Positions 1-6,871 of a stretch of DNA of 24,000 nucleotides are shown here, one piece after another. The notes beneath the pieces were generated by a model. It saw only the letters and a program-made list of their open reading frames with translations, made no database searches and was not told the DNA's origin. The translations under genes were made by a program, and so were the position numbers. Each line of letters opens with the position of its first letter. Position 1 is the first letter of the stretch. This DNA is from Acholeplasmatales bacterium (GTDB lineage: Bacteria; Bacillota_I; Bacilli_A; Acholeplasmatales; UBA5453), in assembly GCA_050949105.1 (NCBI GenBank), contig JBMNFC010000009.1:273-24272 (forward strand), in the 5' to 3' direction.

Positions 1-24
1 TTTTACTAAGCCGTGAACTAAATT

Positions 25-378
25 ATGATTTTGATAGTGATTAATCCCCATCATCAATTTACTGTTTATACTGGAATTGATGGGTTTGCCTCAATTGATA
101 TTTATCTTTATCTAAATGAAGATGAATTTTTGTTTTCGATGGTTTTAGAAAAGGTTAAAATTAGTAAAGGTCTCTATGAAGTCATTAATGAATGGAATAA
201 AGAATCTCTTTTATTTAAATTATATATTGGCGAAGAAAACTATTTAATGATTGAAAGTTATCACTGTTATACGAAAAAAGAAGATATTGAAATTTTATTG
301 AATTTATGTTTTGATAGTTTTACAGATGAGTTACAGTTTTTTCCCAAAATTAAAGATTACTTAATTGAAACGGAATAA
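25..378 (+). CDS. hypothetical small acidic protein (117 aa)
   Basis: ORF track. ATG at 25 follows an in-frame TAA at 7-9, so the ORF starts inside the window. I recognise no catalytic motif; a resemblance to YbjN-type small proteins is only an impression. Confidence 0.5.
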   Translation: MILIVINPHHQFTVYTGIDGFASIDIYLYLNEDEFLFSMVLEKVKISKGLYEVINEWNKESLLFKLYIGEENYLMIESYHCYTKKEDIEILLNLCFDSFTDELQFFPKIKDYLIETE

Positions 379-400
379 TCTTTATTAAAGATTAACTATT

Positions 401-409
401 TGATATAAT
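401..409 (+). promoter_or_regulatory. extended -10 promoter element TGaTATAAT
   Basis: tgatataat at 401-409 matches TGnTATAAT. It lies 25 nt upstream of ATG 434, which has an AAGGAG SD at 421-426. Confidence 0.4.
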
Positions 410-433
410 GATAAAAAGGAAAGGAGCTAAATA

Positions 434-610
434 ATGATCCAATTTGACTATAAATATTTAATCGTTTTTTTAACGGGTATTTTATTTGGTTTTTTCTTTT
501 TAGCGTTAGTATACTTATATACGGTGATTTTAGCTTTAAATAGAAAGAATAGAAAAATTAAGAAAAACCCACCTGTAGTAGATGAAATTGAAAATTTCTT
601 TATTCATTAA
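434..610 (+). CDS. 58-aa single-pass membrane peptide (MIQFDYKYLIVFLTGILFGFFFLALVYLYTVILALNRKNRKIKKNPPVVDEIENFFIH), possibly the N-terminus of a frameshifted larger gene
   Basis: Translated by hand; it is below the ORF-track size cutoff. Strong SD AAGGAG at 421-426, 7 nt before the ATG. Hydrophobic core followed by a K/R-rich stretch. TAA at 608-610 sits 2 nt before the next ORF, which has no SD. Confidence 0.45.
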   Translation: MIQFDYKYLIVFLTGILFGFFFLALVYLYTVILALNRKNRKIKKNPPVVDEIENFFIH

Positions 611-612
611 AG

Positions 613-1185
613 ATGCGCAAAAGAAATATAAAGATAAAGCAACTAGAAAAGAAGTGGGGATGGTTTCCTTATTTAAAAGAAGTTTCTTCTGACCTTGCTT
701 TAGATATCGCAAGGAAGTATTATCCTACAAGTAAGTATCCAATGTTAGAGTTAACGGTTGAAGAGTCACTTTTGTTAACCCATTATATTGCTAACCGTAT
801 TGAAGAGTTTTTAAGTGCGAGAATGTTAGCTGTATTAAAAAAACGAAGACTTTCCACAATTAAAGGAATCCTTGATCAAAAGGCTAAAATTGAAGAAATG
901 AAAGTTGTTAAAGCAACCAAAGAAGCCAATGCGGTCAAGGTTGGCAAAACAGTTATGAATGTTTTAAATATAATTAACCCAGCCTATTGGATTAAGAAAG
1001 TTACAGTTGATAAATTATATGAAATCATTCTTGTCAAAATTGGCTTAGCGATTATCGCAATTGTCGGTGAAGAGACATATAAGATTTATTCTAAGAGTGT
1101 CTTTATTGAGCCAAAAGACTTAGAAAGTGATATTGATGATTTGTATGAATCAATAAAGGGGGATTTAAAAAATGAGTCTGTTTAA
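613..1185 (+). CDS. hypothetical protein (190 aa) with a C-terminal hydrophobic segment (LVKIGLAIIAIVG); likely continuation of the 434-610 ORF
   Basis: ORF track. No SD upstream of ATG 613. Sensible reading continues from 434-610 through a third frame (594-660, ISLFIKDAQKKYKDKATRKEVG) into this frame. Confidence 0.5.
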   Translation: MRKRNIKIKQLEKKWGWFPYLKEVSSDLALDIARKYYPTSKYPMLELTVEESLLLTHYIANRIEEFLSARMLAVLKKRRLSTIKGILDQKAKIEEMKVVKATKEANAVKVGKTVMNVLNIINPAYWIKKVTVDKLYEIILVKIGLAIIAIVGEETYKIYSKSVFIEPKDLESDIDDLYESIKGDLKNESV

Positions 1186-1459
1186 TAGAAAGCCAATAGT
1201 TATTAAAGAGCCTAAATTAGATGAATCTTTTAAAATTATTCAATTTGTGAAAATTGAAGGCTTAAAGAAAAACAAACAAAGAAAATATAAACGCCAGGAA
1301 TTTATTAGTCCGATTTTTGGTTTAACTGTTAAAGATGATGTTGTGGCACCGTATGTTAATAAAGATACCGGTGATATTGCAAAACAATATGACTTTATGC
1401 GTGATCATCCAATTAATGATCCCAAAACTTATCATGAGTTTAAAGGAAACAATGGTTAA
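1172..1459 (+). CDS. hypothetical protein (95 aa), translationally coupled to or part of the downstream FtsK-like gene
   Basis: ORF track. Good SD AAAGGGGGA at 1155-1163, 8 nt before ATG 1172. The stop at 1457-1459 overlaps ATG 1452 of the translocase (ATGGTTAA). Confidence 0.55.
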   Translation: MSLFNRKPIVIKEPKLDESFKIIQFVKIEGLKKNKQRKYKRQEFISPIFGLTVKDDVVAPYVNKDTGDIAKQYDFMRDHPINDPKTYHEFKGNNG

Positions 1460-3290
1460 TACTGAAACAAGAAAAGAAGTTTTTGGCGCGGATGTTTATG
1501 TCAATACTGGAAGAAAATATGTTGATCCTAGAAAAAAAGAAGGAAGTATTGATGTTCCTTTCGCCGGTAAAAAAGAAGTTACTTTTGATCAAGTAATTAA
1601 GCCAAGAGAAGAATATTTAAAGGAAGAAATAATTTATAAAAAGGAAGAAATTAAAGAAGAAGTTCCTAAAACTCCTTTCTTTGAGGCTAAAGTAGAGGAA
1701 CATGAAAGAGTTAAACCTAAAGTTGTAGAAGAAATTAGTCGCCTAGAAGAAATTAGACCACACACACCTGAGGTAGAAACATTTAGTCCTGAACCATTAG
1801 AAGTTGAAGACACTAAAGTCACTTTAACACCTAAAGAAGTAGAACCTGTTAGGGAAGTTGTTAAGCAAAAACCAAGAAGAAAATATATTCCGCCAACTCA
1901 TGAGATGTTTTCTAAAGTTGAGCGTGATCAAAACGCGCGTCCTGAATGGTTAGTAAGATTAGAAAACACAGTTAATGAAACATTAAGTCAATTTGGTGTT
2001 GATGGTAAAGTTCATAATATTATTAAAGGACCAACTGTTACAAGATATGAAATCGCCTTAGAACCAGGTGTTAATGTTAAAAAAGTTGAGGGAATCAAAG
2101 ATAACTTAATGATGAACTTAGCAGCAGAATCTTTAAGAATTGAAGCGCCAATTCCAGGAAAACCTTATGTTGGATTAGAACTTCCAAACGAAGTTCCAGA
2201 AATCGTCGCTTTTGGAAATGTTGTTGAAGATCCTGAGTTTATCAATTCCAAAGCGCCACTTAAGATTGCCTTAGGTGTAGATATTGATGGTAATAATATT
2301 TTTTATGATATTAAAAAGATGCCACATGGTTTAATCGCAGGGGCAACCAATAGTGGTAAATCAGTATGTGTTAACACAATAATTATGTCCCTACTGATGA
2401 AAAACCATCCGGATGATTTAAAGTTTATTATGATTGACCCAAAGATGGTTGAATTATCAATTTATGATGGTATTCCTCACCTAGTGACACCGGTAATTAC
2501 TGAACCTAAAATGGCCGCAACCGCGCTTGCTTGGGCGACAGAAGAGATGGATAATCGTTTCTTAAGATTCGCTAATGCCAGAGTTAAAGACTTAGAAGGT
2601 TATAATGAAAAAGCGTTAACAGATTCTTCACTAGAAAAGATGCCTTATATTATTATCGTCATTGATGAGTTAGCGGATTTAATGATGGTTTCTGCTAAAG
2701 ATGTGGAAGATTCAATTCAAAGAATTACCCAAAAAGCAAGAGCGGCAGGAATTCACTTATTAGTTGCGACACAAAGACCAACAACTGATGTTGTTAAAGG
2801 AACAATTAAAGCGAATATTCCTACAAGAATTGCCTTTAAAGTTTCTCAAATCAAGATTCAATCGTTGTTTTGGATCAACAAGGTGCGGAACAACTTCTTG
2901 GTAGAGGAGATATGATTCTTAAGACTGTTGGTACTCCATTAAGATTACAAGGAGCCTTTATTAGAGATTCAGAAATTGAAGCAGTCACTGAATTTATCAA
3001 GGCGCAAATGGATCCAGAATACTTAATTGATCATAACCAATTAAAAGACTATAAAGAGAAAATTGAACTTGTTGAAGATGAACCTTTATTATATCCAGTT
3101 GCCCAGTTTTGTGGTAGTAGAACAAAATGCCTCAATTAACGCGATTCAAAAAGAATTTGGCATTGGCTTTAATAGAGCCCAAAAGATTATCGAATTATTA
3201 GAGAAAAAAGGTGTAGTTGGAGAAAGTGAAGGCACCAAAGCTCGCCAAGTATTAGTCACTAAAGCAGAATTAGAGGATATGTTATCATAA
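1452..3290 (+). pseudogene. ftsK: FtsK/SpoIIIE-family DNA translocase, soluble SftA-like (no N-terminal TM domain), interrupted by two single-nucleotide frameshifts
   Basis: Motor-domain motifs: Walker A GATNSGKS, Walker B IIVIDELADLMM, ATQRPT, and the C-terminal gamma wHTH (IQKEFGIGFNRAQKIIELLEKKGVVG). The reading frame runs frame 0 (1452-2846), then frame 2 (2846-3109; SNQDSIVVLDQQGAEQLLGRGDM...PVAQF), then frame 0 again (3111-3290; VVVEQNAS...). As written, frame 0 terminates at 2913-2915. The track's 1335 start is an out-of-frame overlap with the upstream ORF. Confidence 0.85.
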
Positions 3291-3315
3291 TGGATGAAAT
3301 AGTTACCCAAGCACC

Positions 3316-3351
3316 ACAGCCCTTAAAAGATTTTTAAAAGGGCTGTTTTTA
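3316..3351 (+). terminator. candidate rho-independent terminator after ftsK
   Basis: 9-bp stem ACAGCCCTT (3316-3324) / AAGGGCTGT (3338-3346) followed by TTTTT. Caveat: the same region stays open in the lepB frame (see findings). Confidence 0.45.
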
Positions 3352-3411
3352 AAAAAATTAATAATCTTATTAGCAACAAGCACAACCACATTACTTTTAT
3401 CAAGTATTTTT

Positions 3412-4085
3412 ATGCTTATTGGAGCGGGTAAGTTTTCTAGTAAAACAGCATTAATTGTTGTGTTTATTTTTGAGGTTGTTTTATTATTAACAAGCTTAGC
3501 TGTTTTACTATATCATTTAAAGAAAACCGTTAAAGATGAGCATTATGAGAAATATTATAAAATCTATGACTTAGTTCAGTTCGTTTTACTTATTTTTTTA
3601 GTGTTCTTTTTCTTCCAAACATTTATTTTAAAAACTGCCCGAGTATCGGGTTCTTCAATGGAACAAACGCTTCATGATGGCGATTTAGTATTAGTACTTC
3701 AAGTTCATAATAATTATAAGTATGATGATATTGTGGTGATGGATTCGAAAAACTATAGTGATCTTGATGTGGTAACATTTGAGCCAAGAAATAACATCAT
3801 CAATGATGGTTATTATGTTAAAAGAATCAAAGGCTTACCAGGACAAAGGATTCGTTATGAAGAGGATGTTTTTGGAATCAACTTTTATGTTGATGATGTT
3901 TTAGTTCAAACGATAAATAATACTCATTATATCGCTATTTTAAAACATCTTACAGATAGTCAATAATGGAATTATTCCAAAAAGGAAAGTATTTACTCTT
4001 TGGTGATAATCATATAAATTCAAAAGACTCAAGAGTCTTTGGGTTTGTCGATGAAAAAGATATTTTAGGAATTGTGAAAGTTTAG
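3412..4085 (+). pseudogene. lepB: signal peptidase I (LepB/SipS type), split by frameshifts in A-runs
   Basis: Catalytic Ser box SGSSMEQTL and Lys box YVKRIKGLPGQ lie in the 3412-3966 frame. The conserved C-terminal box GDNHINSKDSRVFGFV is in another frame (3966-4085). The linking peptide NNGIIPK is in the third frame. Shifts map to A4 (3942-3945) and A5 (3979-3983). Confidence 0.8.
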
Positions 4086-4123
4086 ACTAAATAAGCCGGG
4101 AATTATAAAATAAATACTAGTTT

Positions 4124-4159
4124 TAACATCCAAGATAACATACAGAATAACATACAAGA
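4124..4159. repeat. three tandem 12-bp direct repeats TAACATCCAAGA / TAACATACAGAA / TAACATACAAGA
   Basis: Read directly from the sequence. They sit 30-65 bp upstream of the fic -10 element. Confidence 0.7.
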
Positions 4160-4184
4160 TGATGTGATTGATATATTAGGAGAA

Positions 4185-4193
4185 TGGTATAAT
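4185..4193 (+). promoter_or_regulatory. extended -10 promoter element TGgTATAAT upstream of fic
   Basis: tggtataat at 4185-4193. SD GAGGTG at 4210-4215 and ATG at 4222 follow. Confidence 0.4.
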
Positions 4194-4221
4194 GGTTATG
4201 TAGTAATTTGAGGTGATTATT

Positions 4222-5215
4222 ATGAACTACACTCCACCATTTACAATAACTAACTTTATGATTGATAAGGTTTCTTCAATCATGAAAAATATTGGTAAAT
4301 TGGATAATTATCAAGATTTAAATAAAATGCCAGTATTAAGAAGAAATAATCGAATTCATTCGATTCATTCATCACTGGCAATCGAAGCCAATTTATTATC
4401 ATTTAATCAAGTGAAAGATATTATTGATGGGAAAACCGTAATTGGTCCTAAAAATGAAATAAAAGAAGTAAAAAATGCTTATAGTGCATATAAGTTAATA
4501 AATGAATTAAATCCATATCAAGTGAAAGATTTAAAAAGAGCTCATAGCGTGATGATGAATTTAATTGTTAAGGAATCTGGTGAATTTAGAAAGGGTCATG
4601 AAGGAGTGTTTGATGAAAAGGGGAATTGTATTCATTTGTGTCCTCCGCCTGAACAAATAAATTTACTAATTAATCAATTATTTAATTGGATGAAAGAAAA
4701 CAAAAATAAAATTCATCCCCTAATAGTATCATCAGTTTTTCATTATGAATTTGTGTTTATTCATCCGTTTTCTGATGGTAACGGAAGAATTGCGAGATTA
4801 TGGCAAAATGTCATCTTATCAAAATTTGAAATAATCTTTGAATATATGCCAATTGAAACACAAATTAAAAAATATCAAAAAGAGTATTACCAAGCAATAA
4901 ATATTTCTAACCAATCTGGAGATTCAACAGTGTTTATTGAATTCATGTTAAAAGTGATTGATGAAACAATTCTTGATTTACTAAAAAGCACTGCTACTGA
5001 AATTAACCGCGGTTAGCTTATATGTAAATAGACTTTTAGATGTAATGGAAGTAGGAGTAGAGTTAACTACTGCCGAGATGATGAGTAAATTAGGCTTAAA
5101 ATCAAGAATTTCGTTTAGAGAAAACTACTTAAAGCCAGCTTTAGAAAATGGCCTAATTAAGATGACCATTCCTGATAAACCGACTAGTAAAAATCAGATG
5201 TATTATAAGGTGTAA
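4222..5215 (+). pseudogene. fic: Fic/DOC-family AMP-transferase with C-terminal winged-helix domain, split by one frameshift near 4983-5014
   Basis: Fic active-site motif HPFSDGNGRIARL (4762-4800). N-terminal inhibitory-helix-like motif SSLAIEAN. The frame-1 ORF stops at 5014-5016. Frame 2 is open from 4985 to 5215 and encodes the typical Fic C-terminal tail (VSLYVNRLLDVMEVGVELTTAEMMSKLGLKSRISFRENYLKPALENGLIKMTIPDKPTSKNQMYYKV). Likely start is ATG 4222 (SD GAGGTG 6 nt upstream) rather than GTG 4213. Confidence 0.8.
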
Positions 5216-5249
5216 TTTGAATATTTATATTAATTAAGGAGTTGTTCCC

Positions 5250-6047
5250 TTGGAAAACAAATCATGGTATCCGGGCCATATGGCCAAAGCACTAAGAGAA
5301 ATAAAAGGATTAATAAGCAAGGTAGACATCATCTACCTTCTTTTAGATTCAAGAGCGCCAGAGAGTTCTTTAAATCCTGTTATTTTAGATATGATTAAAG
5401 ATAAACCAGTTTTATACTTGTATAACAAATCTACCCTTGCTGATTTAGGCGCGTTAAAGAAAATAATTAAAGAAGAAAATTGCTTAATTATTGATGCCCT
5501 ACACCGAAAAAACATTAGAAACATACCTAAGAAAACTAATGAAATGTTAGTTGATTTATTAGAAAAAAAACGTAGTCAAGGATATTTAAATTATCCGATT
5601 AAAGCGATGATTTTGGGAATTCCTAATGTTGGCAAATCAACTCTCGCAAACGCCTTAGCTAACAGAAAATCCGCAGGTACTGATTATAAACCAGGACATA
5701 CAAGAGCTCTTAGTTGGATTAAGATATCTGGTAATATTAACCTCTTAGATACTCCAGGTTTATTATGGCCTAAAATTGAAGATATAAATGTTAGGTATCA
5801 TTTATCATTAGCTGGTTCAATTAAAGAAGAATTATTAAATAAAGAGAAATTATTTAACTACGGTTATGATTATTTAATGAAAAATTATCCAAATTATTTG
5901 GAATTTTATAAAGTTTCTTATGAAACAAAAGAAATCTTTTTAACTTCATTAATGGAATACAGAGGACTTACTAAAGAAGAGGTCTATATCCTTTTTTTAA
6001 ACGATGTTAGAGATGGTTTACTTGGAGGGATCTGTTTTGATTTATGA
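5250..6047 (+). CDS. rbgA: ribosome biogenesis GTPase A (YlqF/RbgA), circularly permuted GTPase
   Basis: N-terminal WYPGHMAKA. G1 GIPNVGKST and G3 DTPG lie downstream of the G4-like NKST, which is the circularly permuted order. TTG start with AAGGAG SD at 5236-5241. Conserved ylqF-rnhB pairing. Confidence 0.9.
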   Translation: MENKSWYPGHMAKALREIKGLISKVDIIYLLLDSRAPESSLNPVILDMIKDKPVLYLYNKSTLADLGALKKIIKEENCLIIDALHRKNIRNIPKKTNEMLVDLLEKKRSQGYLNYPIKAMILGIPNVGKSTLANALANRKSAGTDYKPGHTRALSWIKISGNINLLDTPGLLWPKIEDINVRYHLSLAGSIKEELLNKEKLFNYGYDYLMKNYPNYLEFYKVSYETKEIFLTSLMEYRGLTKEEVYILFLNDVRDGLLGGICFDL

Positions 6048-6651
6048 ATATGAAGAAAGACTCCTAAAAGAAGGATATAAACTAATTTGTGGAGTCGATG
6101 AAGCTGGAAGAGGACCACTTGCTGGACCGGTAGTGGCGGCGGCAGTTATTTTAAAACCTAATGTAAGAATTGAGGTAAATGATTCTAAAAAACTGACTAA
6201 AAAAAAGAGACGCAAATTAGTGCCATTAATAATAGAAAATAGTATCGCGGTAAGTATAGCATTTATCGATAATGAAGAAATTGATGAAATCAATATCTTA
6301 GAAGCCTCTAAAAAAGCGATGCTTGAGGCAATTAATGGTTTAAAAGTTAAGCCTGATTACGTCTTAAGTGACGCGATAAAATTAGAAGATGAATTATCTA
6401 TTTCTACAAAAGCGATTATTAAGGGGGATCTAAAAGTTGCCTCAATTGCTGCAGCAAGCATTATCGCTAAAGAAGCAAGAGATGATTATATGGAAGCGAT
6501 GGATTTAAAATATCCAATGTATGGCTTTAAAACACATATGGGATATCCAACAAAGTTCCATATTGAAATGATAAAGAAATATGGAATTTGTGAAATCCAT
6601 AGAAAAACATTTAAACCAATTAAAGAGATGATTAACAAAGTAAGAACTTAG
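6037..6651 (+). CDS. rnhB: ribonuclease HII
   Basis: GVDEAGRGPLAGPVV catalytic motif plus SDAIKL and ASIIAK. Probable start is TTG 6037, with GGAGG at 6024-6028 8 nt upstream, overlapping the rbgA stop. The track ORF extends to ATG 6004. Confidence 0.9.
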   Translation: MIYEYEERLLKEGYKLICGVDEAGRGPLAGPVVAAAVILKPNVRIEVNDSKKLTKKKRRKLVPLIIENSIAVSIAFIDNEEIDEINILEASKKAMLEAINGLKVKPDYVLSDAIKLEDELSISTKAIIKGDLKVASIAAASIIAKEARDDYMEAMDLKYPMYGFKTHMGYPTKFHIEMIKKYGICEIHRKTFKPIKEMINKVRT

Positions 6652-6704
6652 AAAAACTTTCTAGTAAGAAGTAGAACAAATTATAAAAAAATTATTAATA
6701 AATG

Positions 6705-6731
6705 AGAATCAATCCAAACTGATTCTTTTTA
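6705..6731 (+). terminator. rho-independent terminator after rnhB
   Basis: Stem AGAATCA (6705-6711) / TGATTCT (6720-6726), 8-nt loop, then TTTTATTTTTATT. Confidence 0.55.
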
Positions 6732-6829
6732 TTTTTATTGATTAAATTTGCAAGCTCTTGCGAAAAATGTCAATAGACAATTTTTAAAAGTAAAAAAAAT
6801 ATATATTAATATATATAATAAATGAGGGC

Positions 6830-6858
6830 TTGACAACGTAAAAAATATTAAGTATTTT
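6830..6858 (+). promoter_or_regulatory. candidate sigma-A promoter for topA (TTGACA-17 bp-TATTTT)
   Basis: Perfect -35 TTGACA at 6830-6835 and a weak -10 TATTTT at 6853-6858 with a 17-bp spacer. The resulting leader would be very short. Confidence 0.3.
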
Positions 6859-6871
6859 AGATAAAAAGGAT

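Noticed and set aside
1335-1451. N-terminal extension of the FtsK ORF in the track (MMLWHRMLIKIPVILQNN...).
   Set aside because: This stretch is the out-of-frame shadow of the 1172-1459 ORF. Sensible FtsK-frame sequence begins at ATG 1452.
1634-1822. Minus-strand ORFs of 61-84 aa listed in the track (1634-1822, 5333-5524, 6042-6293, 13992-14183, 14924-15109, 15923-16177, 19519-19713, 21498-21689).
   Set aside because: Each lies entirely inside a well-supported + strand gene with clear family motifs. Their products are low-complexity S/L/I-rich antisense shadows with no SD or promoter.
6004-6036. Upstream track starts for rnhB (6004) and likewise ylxM (14579), which overlap the preceding genes by 44-53 nt.
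   Set aside because: Internal starts (TTG 6037, ATG 14633) have proper SD spacing and match the usual N-termini of the families. The longer versions only add out-of-frame overlap with rbgA and ftsY.
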